A stretch of DNA of 64,000 nt from the human T2T-CHM13v2.0 reference genome, Homo sapiens: the NCBI RefSeq assembly GCF_009914755.1, contig NC_060938.1; one strand, written 5' to 3'. The notes beneath the pieces were generated by a model. The model had not been told where the DNA came from and ran no database searches. It saw nothing but the letters and a program-made list of their open reading frames with translations. A program made the position numbers and the translations under genes. Positions 1 to 64,000 of this stretch are shown one piece after another; the stretch's first letter is position 1, and every line of letters begins with the position of its first letter.

Positions 1-659
1 TTGGTGTCAGGGTGTGAACAATAACTTTATTTCAACATAAATACATAGTAAACATTACTGAAATTTTAAAAATCCAAACCCTATCACTACTGGAACTTAA
101 AATATATTAGAAGTGGATATAAGCAGAAATTCTATCTAGATACATAACACTATCATAGTATATCATTTGAATTAGAATTTAAAATTTTACTTCTCTTTCT
201 TATTGGTGTTCAGTTTAGCTCTTAATAATTTAGTGTTTGCCTAGTGCTCTAGTTAATCTTCAGAAATAAACATGCACTGTAGGGGCTCACTCTTTCTGGT
301 ATGCTGAGGTAAAGTCTTTGTAAGAGAGGAAGCTTTTATAATACTACCTATCATCTTTGAATTCATTTCTGGTAGATTTTACACAAATGCATTAAGTTTA
401 GTCCAAACAGACAGTGAGAGTTCAGCTTGCTGGTTCATGTTTCTGTCCTATGTTAAGCCAAAGCAAATTATTTTTCACTTTTTAGTTACAATCCCATAAT
501 TTAAGAGTAGCAACACATAGATTAAGTTTCACAGTTAAATTTTAATTATTTTCTAATATTTCTTTGTTTATACTTGATTAAAGCTAATTTTAAAACATGC
601 ACTCTGACAGAAAAGACATCTGAGAAACAAAACAAGCAAATTTGTTTTCCATTTTGCAC

Positions 660-1707
660 CTGCCCCCCACCAAAAAAAGTCTCAAGAACCAGAACTGGGT
701 AAGAACAGTGATAAAGGGAATCAATCTATATATTCATGACTTTCTTTAAAATTCATTACAAACAAGTTCAAGCTGAATATTGGTAAAAGTTCTGAAAACT
801 CCAAAATTACTACTTGCCCTGAGGAAGAGCTCCTACATGGTAACTCTAAAGAGGGATGAACAAAAAAGGAGTGCCCTCTAGTCTGATGAATCATGTCCCT
901 GATTGTGAGGAGAAAAATGTATCTGGAGGGTCTAGCTCTGTGGCAGTCCAGGCAGCGCCTGAACAGAGGAAGCCCATGTCAAATGTCTTTTTATTCCATT
1001 CACACTCCAGGTCCCTGAAATACACTTACCAGTCATCTTCTAAGCTTCATTTAATTTAAAATAAATCAGACTATAAAAATGATAACAAACCAGACACACA
1101 GCTTGTTTCTAACACAGATGATGGAAATTTTTGTTATGATATAGAAACTGAAAAAGTAAGGAACCCAGTAATTATGATTGAAATGAAAGATGATTAAGAG
1201 TTTGACATGCAAATGGAAAAATATATAAACCCAAATACCACTAATTGGAAATTAGGCATTGGTCTCAGTCTAGAGATCCAGAAAGCCTTTTTGATTTGTG
1301 GTTTACCCACCCCAAAGAAATGAAGCATATGATTCAGATAGAAAGTCACAGTATTTCTGCTGCTACAGATACTTATAAAAACAGAAAACCAACACAGTGC
1401 TTATTCCAGAAGCCGCTGTATGACAATCCCAGTGTTAATAACTACAAAACCATGAATCTTGAACTATAAAATGTGGGTTATTCTTTGCCACATAGTGAGA
1501 GAACATCAAAAATATAGCTAGAAGACTTACAGCAAGATATTTCAAGGTCACCAAGATATCACATATATACATATGTAACAAACCTGCACATTGTGCACAT
1601 GTACCAGAACTTAAAGTATAATAATAGTAAAAAGAATGAGGTAGGCATGTTACAAGTAGAGCTCCTGGCTTTGGAGAAACAGAAAGTCCAACTTCAAAAA
1701 GACAGAG
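660..1707 (+). pseudogene. Degenerate large exon relic of the CCDC144/ANKRD26-like type
   Basis: Fragmented coding-like frames (ORFs 856-1059 and 1245-1469; ..EDLQQDISR / KNEVGMLQVELLALEKQKVQLQKDR) with stops and frameshifts. Possible GT donor at 1708. The 5' boundary is approximate. Confidence 0.55.
1560..1634 (+). mobile_element. L1PA-type 3'-terminal fragment (about 75 bp)
   Basis: CACATATATACATATGTAACAAACCTGCACATTGTGCACATGTACCAGAACTTAAAGTATAATAATA is the characteristic primate L1 3' end. Confidence 0.85.
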
Positions 1708-3446
1708 GTTCACTTGCTGCTTCTTTTTTCTCTTTATCAATTATATGATTTAGTCAAATTTTCTATTCAAGAAAATCTCATGTGTACAGTTACAGCGGGG
1801 TTTTCTAAATGTGTAATTATGTGTCAAAGTAGATTAGTCCTGCTATCTAAACAATGGTTCTGGAGAATGTTCTCATAATGTTTCTTCATTAATCAACCTA
1901 AGTCTCACTCTCAGTCTTCCAAGTGGCATATGAGCTGGGAAACTAATTCAGCCATATACCACGTGACCTTCTGAATGAGATCAACATAAAGAAATTGCTA
2001 AAGAAATAAGCTTTAGATTCTAGATTCTTTTTTCTGTATTCATTTAGAGATGAATTACATTTATTTAATGATAGAATGGGAATACAATGGGAGGAAAGCA
2101 ATGACTGAGACGAGCCACAAAAACACGTCTAGCCTTGAGAGTTGCAATGAATATTCCCAGCCAAATGAGTCTGTTTAATGTATTTTCATGCATGCAAGTT
2201 CATCTGCTTAGCTCAAACTGTTTGAACTTATAGTTCCATCATGGTTATTTCCAATATTTTGAAAACAAATATATACTTCCACATATTTTAAAAAATCACC
2301 ACTCCAATATTTCTGTTGAATCAGTCCTTACATTATGTTGTTTAATAAAGTATCATAAGTTTTGGCATGTGTGATTTTTATCATGTAAGAAGCATAATTT
2401 CTTAGATAAAAATTTATCCTTTGATTCTTTAGTAGAAAGTTGAGTTCTGTACATTGTGTCCTAAAGATAGACAAAATCTAAAGATTTTCTTCTTCAAAGT
2501 AAAAGCAGATGAGGCCTTTTTCCACCCTCTGAGGCGTTAAATTGCTTTGCTCAACTTAGACTTTTAATATATCTGACTAATTTGATAAATTTATTTGGTA
2601 ATTTATGTAATTCAGCAATATGGAATTGTATCATGTTATTTGGTGCAATGAAATGCTAGAGAATGCCACCTCAAGAGCTCTCGATGAAACATTTCATATG
2701 TCTTTGTTAGTTTGACTCCCATTTTCAGTAGATAATGGGGCTAAAGTAGATAACTGTACCGTATGTTTTCCACCTATAAACTTTTCTGATAATTGAATGT
2801 GAAATCTGGGAAGCATGTCGTTTTCCAGAATTCTGCACTGGAAACACAGCAGTTTCACTCTGCTTCTTGTGTTGTGGCAAACTTTGGTTCCCATAGTTCA
2901 GGGAGAACTTTCACTTTTTTGATATCCCAGAATTAAAAAAAAAAGAGATAAAAGGCAGTGGGGAAAAGAATAGCTCAGTGTAGAAAAGGGAAAACTTCTT
3001 TACTGTTCCTGAAGCCCTACAAGGTCACATCCTCTTAATCTGGCTATTTCATGTAAAATCCAGGTGGCAATGACAGAAGATATATGTTATGCCTGTGTCT
3101 TTTTATTTCTCTGTTTCTGCCAGTCAGATAACATAAATATTTATATCAGATAGCAAAGAGTGGATGGGAATAAAAGCACAAAATGGAGAAGAGTCCTTTT
3201 TGAAATTTTGGAAAATTCTTCTATTCACTCAAACAGAAATGAGCAGACTTGACAAAAATTTCAATGATAAAATGATGAGTATCTTATAATTATAATAATT
3301 ATGTATAATGATAAAATTAAAGTAAGCACAAAATATTTTTATCATTAAAACGGTGATAGTTAACCTGAATCAAGTGAAAAAATCAGGGAAAAACTTCTTT
3401 TTATTGAATAAAATAATAATTATTATTCATATTACTTTTGTTAAAG

Positions 3447-3610
3447 GTCAAAGACGGAAATAATACAAACAAAAGTGAAAAAATACAACTATCAGAAAAT
3501 GTATGTCATAGTACATCTGCTGCTGCTGCTGACAGATTAACCCAACAAAGAAATATTGGGAAAACCTATCCTCAGCCTTTTACCAAGAAGCTGAAGGAAG
3601 AGCATCATAG
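3447..3610 (+). pseudogene. ANKRD20A-like exon (164 nt, frame open)
   Basis: Acceptor ttaaAG (3445-3446) and donor GTAAGT (3611). Translates VKDGNNTNKSEKIQLSENVCHSTSAAAADRLTQQRNIGKTYPQPFTKKLKEEHH. Confidence 0.85.
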
Positions 3611-3634
3611 GTAAGTAAGCCTATAGCAGTGTTT

Positions 3635-3991
<357 letters not shown>

Positions 3992-4149
3992 TAAACTAAT
4001 TCAAAATTGGACTAATATTCCTTATGATTAACAAGTTTTATATTTTCACCAGAGATATTTAGCCCTGCCTGGTAATCAGAAAAGTGCAAATTAACATAAA
4101 ATAAGATATATTTTGTAAAGTCATGCTGGTATTGAAAAAGTAATTACTA

Positions 4150-4310
4150 CCATTGGCAAATGTGAGGAAAAAGGCATTCTCATACACTGTTGGTATATGA
4201 AATTGGTAAATTATTTCTGAAGGGTAACTTAGTGCTGTGTATCAAAATTTCAAATAACCTGACATCCCTTTAACTCAACAACTCCACTTCTGGGACTAGA
4301 TTTCACAGGA
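4150..4310 (+). mobile_element. Old L1M fragment (ORF2 3' region)
   Basis: Degenerate motifs ATTCTCATACACTGTTGGT..AAATTGGTA and AACTCCACTTCTGGGA resemble mammalian L1. Boundaries are approximate. Confidence 0.55.
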
Positions 4311-4992
4311 AAACATAACTTGTGTAAACATACACTTATTAAGGGCATTAATTATATATTACACATAATGAACAATAGCTTAATAAATACATAAAATATA
4401 TGTAATAAGAAGGTGAATTGGAAGTATTAAGAAAGAATTATAAAAAGTGTGGGGTAACAGATGTTAGACCCTTTAGCCTAGTTTTAGTTGACAATCATCT
4501 GCAGATATAGTTTGTGTGAGAGACATCTTACTCTGTAAATCATTTGGAGAGACACCTGCAATATTTCATAAAGATGAAAATTTATTTCTAGTGAACTTAT
4601 ACGCTTGTCAATAAGTAGTAACTTTAAAAATTTAGTTGATTGTAAATGACCTTTTCTAATCGGGGAGTAATTATGACTGTGTGATTTGAAAAGGTAATTT
4701 TGAAATTCTAACTATACTGAATTATCTCCAGTATCCTTTTTTATAATATATGCTAGAGTGACTAGTAACAAAAACTTCAGCAGAATATTCTTTCCTTACT
4801 ACTTTTCAAGTATATGCATTCTTTTGAAGATGTTGAAGTGAGAGATTAAATATCTGAGAACTAAAAAGGAAAAATAATTCAGAACACAGAAATTTTATTA
4901 GGATGATAAAGAGCATCTGCAGAGGTAGATCACAGGATGAACTCTTTATTTTTTAACAAAATGAGTTTTAAGATAAATGTCTTTATCTGCAG

Positions 4993-5172
4993 ATGCATCT
5001 TAAGATAAGAAAATAAAGAAAAAACAAATGTTAATATGCTGTACAAAAAAATAGAGAAGAATTAGAAAGGAAAGAGAAACAACATAAGAAAGAAGTTGAA
5101 GCAAAGCAACTTGAACCAACTGTTCAATCACTAGAGATGAAAACAAAGACTGCAAGAAATACTCCAAATCAG
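4993..5172 (+). pseudogene. ANKRD20A-like exon with stop, frameshift and mutated donor
   Basis: Acceptor tgcAG (4991-4992). In-frame TAA at 5006-5008. The A7 run at 5045-5051 is one base short of restoring ..KKNREELERKEKQHKKEVEAKQLEPTVQSLEMKTKTARNTPNQ. The donor position reads ATAAAT (5173) instead of GT. Confidence 0.85.
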
Positions 5173-6105
5173 ATAAATCAATCTTTGGTAAAAATTCTAT
5201 ATTTTAAACTATTGTATGAAAGTTTCTTCTAATATTCTCTTGATTTAATATATAATATTTAGGTCTAAAACAAACCAGAAATGTTATCTCATTTTTAAAA
5301 AATGAATGATGCCACTTACAGGTACAATTATTAATATTTATTATAAATCTTGGCATCCACATAAGATATTATTTTATAACAAAGAGCTTTTGAAAACAAT
5401 AATATGCCATAGTATATACTTAGTGATAACCTATTGATAAAGATTCTGTTCCCAGTAAAATTGTTCCTTGTACTTTCCCCTATTTCATATTGATTACTGT
5501 ACCTAATATTATAAAGAGGAAACAAATTATTGCAATCACAAATAATCTCATGATATTCTAAGAAGAGCTCTATAAATTTTATCTTATTTACCATTGGTGT
5601 TTTGAAATAAAAGTTTTCTTCCATATGGATATATTTACACCACAGAAGTAACTGTGATATGTCAGAGAACTAGAAGTAGAGTCAGAAGTCCTGGGGAAAA
5701 TCCTGTAGCTTGCTTATATTTTTAACATTTCTTTTTCAAAATTGTGATAACTAGATGAGTTCATCAATGAATGTATATAGGAGTGACTAGTATAATGTCT
5801 AGATTTATGATTTAGTAAATGTAATTCTTACGACTGAATATAAAAGTGTTAAAAGAGTCAAATTGAAATAGAATGTTATCAGCAAAACAGAACTGTAATA
5901 ACTCTGGGAAATTTTATCTGTCCAAATACGTGTGAACCAAGGTTCTTACTATAGGGTGTTGTATGGGTTAGATATCAAAGTGTAAATGCAATTTTTTGAT
6001 ATATTTTAATTTAGTCAAATTTGTTAATGCTTTAATTTATGCTTTTCAGTTTGTTGTAATTCAAGGAAAGGCTTTTCCAATTCTGAAATTCTTAAAAATT
6101 CTCTG

Positions 6106-6108
<3 letters not shown>

Positions 6109-6148
<40 letters not shown>
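6109..6148. repeat. (TG)20 microsatellite
   Basis: Perfect 40-nt dinucleotide run. Confidence 0.98.
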
Positions 6149-6151
<3 letters not shown>

Positions 6152-6364
6152 ACTTTTATAAATTCATTGACTTTAAATAAATTTCTGAACTTTTTGGAAT
6201 TTATGCTCTATAAGGTTCAAAGTGTTGCTTCAACTTTGTCTCCAGTTGGATATCCACTTACAGTAACCTTTTTAGTGTATGGATGTGCAGGTTATTCTTT
6301 AACTTCAGAGGTAATCACGATATTTTATTGAGTACTAGCTAAAACTTTCTTTAGTTTTATTTAG

Positions 6365-7335
6365 GATTTTCATAATCATGAAGAAATGAAAGATCTGATG
6401 GATTAAAATTGCATTTTGAATACAGATATTGCTATATTCAGACAGGAAATGTGCACAATGAAAAATGACAACCTGGAAAAAGAAAATAAATAACTTAAGG
6501 AAGTTAAAATTGTTAAAGAAACAAATGCTGTCCTTGAAAAATATATAAAACTCAATGAGGAATTGATAACAATAACAGCATTCCGGTATCAACAAGAGCT
6601 TAATGATCTCAAAGCTGAGAATACAAGGCTCAGTTCCGGACTGTTGAAGGAAGAAGAAAGCAACAAAAGACTGGAAGCTGAAACTGAATCTTATCAGTCT
6701 AGACTGGCTGCTTCTATAAGTAAACACAGTGAAAGTGTGAAAACAGAAAGAAACCTAAAACTTGCTTTAGAGAGAACTCAAGATGTTTCCGTACAAGTAA
6801 AAATGAGTTCTGATATTTCCGAAGTAGAAGATAAGAATGAGTTTCTTACTGAACAACTTTCTAAACCACAAATTAAATTCAATACCTTAAAAGATAAGTT
6901 CCGTAAGACAAGAGATACTCTCAGAAAAAAGTTATTGGCTTTAGAAACTGTACATAACAACCTAAGCCAAACACAGCAGCAAATAAAGGAAATGAAAGAG
7001 ATGTATGAAAATGCAGAAGCTAAAGAGAATAATTCCACTGGAAAGTGGAGCTGTGTAGAAGAGAGAATATGTCAACTCCAACATGAAAATCCGTGCATTG
7101 AACAGCAACTAGATGATGTTCATCAGAAAGAGTATCATAAAGAGATAATAACTAATATCCAAAGAAGCTTTATTGAGAGTGGAAAGACCTCATGCTAGAA
7201 GAGAAAAATAAGAAGGTAATGAATGAATGTGATCATTTAAAAGAAAGTCTCTTTCAATATGAGAGAGAGAAAGCAGAAAGAGTAGTAAGTATCAAGGAAG
7301 ATAAATATTTTCAAACTTCTAGAAAGAAAATTTAA
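6365..7335 (+). pseudogene. ANKRD20A-like large coiled-coil exon with two stops and a frameshift
   Basis: Acceptor ttAG (6363-6364). In-frame TAA at 6404-6406 and 6491-6493. Open stretch 6563-7198. After a frameshift at about 7186 it continues as DLMLEEKNKKVMNECDHLKESLFQYEREKAERVVSIKEDKYFQTSRKKI* (TAA 7333-7335). Confidence 0.9.
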
Positions 7336-7403
7336 ACATTTGGTTCTGGATACATGTTGAACTTAGTTGAATATAAAAATCAATAGATAAAAAGTGTGTT
7401 TAC

Positions 7404-7680
7404 CATACTGTATAATTCCATGTACGTGAAGCATCCAGAAAAGATAAACGTATAGGGACAAAAAGTAGATTAATATTTGCAAAGGGCTGGGACTAGAAGC
7501 TGGTAGTGACTGCTAATGGGCATGAGGGATCTTGCAGTGATGGAAATGCTGTAAAGTTGGATTGTAGAGATGGCTGCACAACTCAGTAAATGGACTAAAA
7601 ATCTTTTAACTTTAAGTTAAAACAGATACATTCTATAGTATGTAAATTATATTTCAACAAAGCTGTTTTAATAAAAAAAG
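7404..7680 (+). mobile_element. L1MB/L1MC-type 3' UTR fragment
   Basis: CATACTGTATAATTCCAT..GTGACTGCTAATGGG..GTGATGGAAATG..GATGGCTGCACAACT..GTATGTAAATTATATTTCAACAAAGCTGTT followed by an A-rich tail. Confidence 0.8.
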
Positions 7681-8439
7681 GAAAAATGTGTTTACTATAT
7701 CAGCTTAGAAACATGCCTCATTTCTAGGAAATAAAAGGTAGAGATGAGAGATGATTTACTTTGAGAAAAGACATTGTGTCACCTATGAAATTTTATTAGG
7801 CACAGAGTCATATTTTAAGATAGATAGTTCTGTACTGCTGAAATAATTTTAATGACTTTATGTTGCCACATGTTAAGACCATAATGTAGGTATAAATGGA
7901 AATGTTTACACCTGAAATGAGTATTTTCAAATTAAAATTTAATTAAGTGATTTCCTTCGACACTTAATTCTAGACTTCCCAGATGAACTGAAGTGTATTG
8001 CTGTGTCTTGTAATACCTTGCTTTAAGTAGCTTTTTATGTGTTTTTTTTTTTGGTATATCTTTGTTATTATTCATATTAATTTTAAAAATCTGAAAATAC
8101 TTCAAATTACATATTTTTATGACTACGTAATGTTGTAAAGGCACCTACATGTCATAAAATCATAATTTAGAATGAATGTAATAATTAGCAAAACTATGTT
8201 TGATTTAGTTTTGCCACTGGTATTTATAGTTTACTTTGACTATTTATATTAATAATTAGCTCATAATTTTTATTTCAAGGCTCAATGACTATCATTGGAA
8301 TATAATTTTGTTCAGTACAAAGATACTTGTAGCTGCCTGTGATTTATGAGTAAGGCATTAGATCCCCATTTTCAGACTGAGGGGTGGCAGGCTTCACGTA
8401 CAGTGGGAATGGAGTAATTACAGGAAGGAGTTGTAGGAG

Positions 8440-8650
8440 CTTTGAAGTCAGAGAGGGAGGTAGAGGACTGTTTACCTAGGGCCTCAAAGGCCATTGGAAT
8501 TTCACTTTTATCCTGAGATAGGAATCTGTTGGAAGGATTTGAAAAGGTGATTGAATATGTTAGTCACTTTGAGGTTGAGTTGAGCTTCTAAGATGATTGA
8601 ATGGTGGGATGAACCTGTTGTGTAAGTAAGAGAATACCAATTTGGCAGGG
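8440..8650 (-). mobile_element. Possible L2 relic
   Basis: GGCCATTGGAATTTCACTTTTATCCTGAG..GGAATCTGTTGGAAGGATTTGAA resembles antisense L2 motifs. Highly decayed. Confidence 0.4.
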
Positions 8651-8720
8651 AGTTAAATATTATTAACATAATTTAATAATAAGGCAATTTATAAAATCAG
8701 TAACAAAAATATTTTCTCAG

Positions 8721-8870
8721 GTGGTTGTGAGACAACTTCAACAAGAAGCGGCTGACAGCCTAAAAAAATTAACTACGTTAGAGTCTCCACTGGAAGGTAT
8801 GTCACATTATCACATTAATTTGGATGAGACACAGGCCCCAAAGAAGAAATTATTTCAAGTGAAAAGTCAA
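8721..8870 (+). pseudogene. Downstream coiled-coil exon relic (ANKRD26/ANKRD18-like), 150 nt, open
   Basis: Acceptor ttttctcAG (to 8720) and donor GTGTGT (8871). Translates VVVRQLQQEAADSLKKLTTLESPLEGMSHYHINLDETQAPKKKLFQVKSQ, similar to the VVVRQLQQELAD exon of ANKRD26 as I recall it. Confidence 0.75.
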
Positions 8871-9509
8871 GTGTGTATGGAATTTAACATGTCAACTCTT
8901 ATTCTGTAGCTAGTTGAGTTTATATAACGTGTTTTAGGATACTAATTTTGGCAGAAGCTTGATTTTTTAGTTTCATTACAATGAATTATTTACATTTTAC
9001 TATCTTTATAATGTACTTATTTTTTTATATTGTGACTTTCATTCTACCATTTTGAAAAACCATTACATACCTTTTCTGTTACAATATGTACCCTTGGAAA
9101 AGTGGAGAATTATATATCATTCCTCATAGAAAACTGACTTTTTTCCTGTAAAAACAGTATTTTTAAGTAATTTTTGTATTGTTCTGATGAGGCAGGCCAG
9201 ATTAAATCAGAGGAGAATATTTCATGGAAAGTTCCAGAAAGTTGTCTTATTTCTTCACTTTCGTGAATGGACACAGAATCTGTGTCTATTTATTTCACAG
9301 ATTGCAGGTTAACTTGTACAGAAAGGCCATTATACTATTCTTTGAAATGTGCATGTTTTAGGTTAATTTACAAACTATTTGAAAATTTAGGCATTTTCTT
9401 TATCTTTAATTTAAAATATACTATAAAACTCTAAAAATATTTAGATTTGATATAGCATGTAAGTCAAAAATTGAGAGTTGAGAAAATTATCTTGATCCTG
9501 CCTTTGGAT

Positions 9510-10012
9510 TTTAAAAACAGTTTCACTGAGATATCATTCACATTTGAGAGAGTTCAACCATTTAAAATGTACAACTGAGTATCTATTAGTATATTCACAG
9601 CATTTTCATCACCCTGAAAAGCAACCCCACATCTCCTAGGCATGACTGCAGCCTTCCTCCATGTCCCTCCACCTACCCCTGTTGTAGGCAACCACCATCT
9701 ATCTACTTTTGTCTCCATATATTTACCTGTTCTGTATATTTCGTATACATAGCGTTATACAATATGTAGTCCTTTGTGACTGGCTTTTTCACTTAGCATA
9801 ATGCTTTCAGAATTCATGCATGTTTTAGCACACATGAGTAGTTTATTTCTTCTTATAGTTAAATGATGTACTATTCCATGGCTATACTGGTTTTCCATTC
9901 ATTCATCAGTTGATGGACCTTTAAGTTAGTTTCCACTTTTTAGCTATTATGAACAATGCTGCTGCGAACATTCACTTACAGGTTATTATGTGGACACGGG
10001 TTTTTATTTCCC
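9510..10012 (-). mobile_element. Old L1M (L1MB/ME-type) fragment
   Basis: TTCAACCATTTAAAATGTACAA..CCTTTGTGACTGGCTTTTTCACTTAGCATAATG..CCACTTTTTAGCTATTATGAACAATGCTGCT is a typical antisense L1M 3' region. Confidence 0.8.
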
Positions 10013-11106
10013 TGCCATTGGACTTTATCCTCAGAGTTAATTGGGCAGATTTCAGCACTTGTCTTGCTCATGCTATCCTTTCTGCCTTCTCAGTTTCTGT
10101 TCATCTAGCCTCATTCACTCAGACGTGGCAATTTATTGTTTTCATGAAGCTTTCTCTGACTGTTCTCTCGTTGACCTTATGTGTTAGCAATCGTTGTCTA
10201 GTCTGTGCAGAAAAACTTAGTCCTTAATTTTACATGGCTTTTATTTTTTTATGGAAGATAATTTTCTCTCATTATAAATTTGCTTAATGGGGGAATAGTA
10301 TATAATATGTATGTCACCTATCCTTGCATACATTGAAAATATTTTAGCTTAGAAGTTTGTAGCATAGAATTCAATACTTCTTTATACCATACCAATTATT
10401 TCTTCTTTGAGACCTTGACACAGTAAGGTTTATATTCTAAGTGTATTTTTAGCAATTAAATATCAAAGCCAACCCAATTAGTCTAATACAGGAGACTCGT
10501 TCAATCACATGTTTATGTTTTTCTCTCTATGAAAAAGAATCTAAATTGGCCTTTTTTCACTATGCAGCAGAACTGTGTTTCTGGACCTCTACCAGTTTGT
10601 CAGCTGAGCAGTTCTGGCTGCAGCTTGTCTGTTGACGGATAGCACAGCCCCTCTATCTGAGTGCTCAGCAGAGTGCTTGTGAAGGCAGCACCACAGCAAC
10701 AGTTGCTCAGAGCGAACGGATTCAGGAGCCTCAATTTAGCAATAGAGTCCAGGGTTTTCAGCTCAGTGTCTTTAGCCTGTCTCTGCTGGTCATGTCAGTT
10801 ATGTTCTATTCAATCCAGGAGGTGCTGTTTACGTTGTAGTACATATATAGTCATTGCCTAATGAGTCATACAGAGAGAAAAGTAAGTTATAAATTATGTC
10901 CCCCATTTGCTGCAACTCTCAGTGGTAAGAATGATTCAGTGCAGCTATAGGAGAATACTTCCATTGGCATGCCACCTGCCTAACTTACACAATTTTATTA
11001 AGATATGCAATAAAATTATTATGCTAATAGCAAATATTTTATGTAGCTCACTATGTTCCACGTAGTCTTCTAAGTGCTTCATGTTAGTCCCAAGTTAAAC
11101 ACCTGG

Positions 11107-11380
11107 TTTTGGAAGGCTGAGGCAGGAGGATCGCTTGAGCCCAGGAGTTTGAAACCAGCCAGAGCAATATGGTGAGACCCGGTCTCTAAAAAAAAAAAAA
11201 AAAAAAAAAATTAAACACTTAGCTGAGGCATGGTGATGCATGCCTATAGTCCCAGCTACATTGGGAGGCTGTGGTAGGAGGGTCGTTTGAGCTTGGAATA
11301 TTGAGGCTGTAGTGAATGGTGATCAAGCCACTGCACTCCAGGCTGGGTAACAGAGGGAGACTCTGTCTCATAAATAAAAC
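11107..11380 (+). mobile_element. 5'-truncated AluJ with expanded central A-tract
   Basis: GGAGGATCGCTTGAGCCCAGGAGTT (J diagnostic), A-run at 11188-11210, right arm ending GACTCTGTCTCATAAATAAAA. Confidence 0.9.
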
Positions 11381-11767
11381 ATTTTCTATAGATTCCCATA
11401 GAAGTGAGTTAGACATCAGTCATAGTATTATTAGCCACTTTGATGTCTAACTTGGGAGTAAAACATATAATAAGGGGCAGCTTTAAACCATCTCAATCAA
11501 TAGCCTCCAACTTCTTGAGAAGGTTCTTATTTCATGAACTTCTAAACAAGAGACTACCTGGATTAAGACATTTGGTGGACACCATTTTGAGATGAAGAAT
11601 ATTGAGTGAGAAGAAGGGAGATCTCTACTTACTGAAGCTTCCCAATGACATAGTTAAGTGTCCCCCAAAAGAAACTTTAGAACAAGACTTTCATCATGCC
11701 ACATCTCTATGGAAAAGGAATTTCTTTAAAAGAAAATAAAGGCAAACAATTGATAATCTGATTCTCA

Positions 11768-12232
<465 letters not shown>

Positions 12233-12309
12233 TCAAAGTAACATTAATGAGAACCAACATAAAATAGACAACATTCACTATCTACAAAAGTAATCTGCAC
12301 CAATTAGCA

Positions 12310-12463
12310 ATGTATGAGCATGTGGTTGAGAATATTGTCTATAATATGTGTACTAGAAGGAAGAGACCTCAAGAAAATGGTCAGAGCTGGAAATGTAGAT
12401 TTGGGAATCTAGGTCAAAGTTTTGAGATTTTAGGAGTCCTGAGAGAATTTAAAAAGAGAATTA
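12310..12463 (-). mobile_element. Possible L2 relic immediately 5' of the satellite-adjacent Alu
   Basis: GGTCAGAGCTGGAAATGTAGATTTGGGAATC (12380-12410) resembles the antisense L2 motif GGGCTGGAGATATAGATTTGGGAGTC as I recall it. Confidence 0.5.
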
Positions 12464-12467
12464 GCCA

Positions 12468-64000
<51,533 letters not shown>

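Noticed and set aside
6563-7198. 211-aa ORF as a functional CDS
   Set aside because: It starts at TTG inside a pseudo-exon, is preceded by two in-frame stops and ends by frameshift.
5331-8144. ORFs 5331-5624, 5996-6331, 6335-6727, 6778-7038 and 7932-8144
   Set aside because: Low-complexity AT-rich or microsatellite frames, or antisense shadows of the coiled-coil exon.
10560-10870. Slightly GC-richer segment with a 66-aa ORF as another exon
   Set aside because: No recognisable family similarity or convincing splice-site pair.

Overview
Human or great-ape genomic DNA with two parts. (1) About 1-12.8 kb is AT-rich and holds the 3' half of an unprocessed ANKRD20A-family pseudogene (ANKRD18/20/26/CCDC144 coiled-coil family) on the + strand. 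Five exon relics are visible, with in-frame stops, frameshifts and a dead splice donor, interspersed with four Alus, old L1/L2 fragments and a (TG)20 microsatellite. (2) From 12,778 to the window end is one head-to-tail array of a 64-bp purine-rich monomer (consensus AGAAAGGGAYAGGGCTGAAGAACASAGGTCGCTGCATTTAGAAAGGAGGCGGGGTCAGAGGAAT). It has 800 complete units plus 27 nt and starts directly at the A-tail of an AluS. Unit length and Alu adjacency fit the 'WaluSat' satellite of the T2T-CHM13 repeat annotation, which is expanded on acrocentric short arms; this identification is from memory, not a database search. Rare variants inside the array show nested duplications: 3-, 5- and 6-8-monomer motifs, a tandem duplication of about 8.8-9.6 kb, a duplication at about 16.4 kb offset, and older dispersed blocks. 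The most novel hypothesis is that the monomer was amplified from an old L2 relic that an Alu insertion had split. No intact protein-coding gene is supported.
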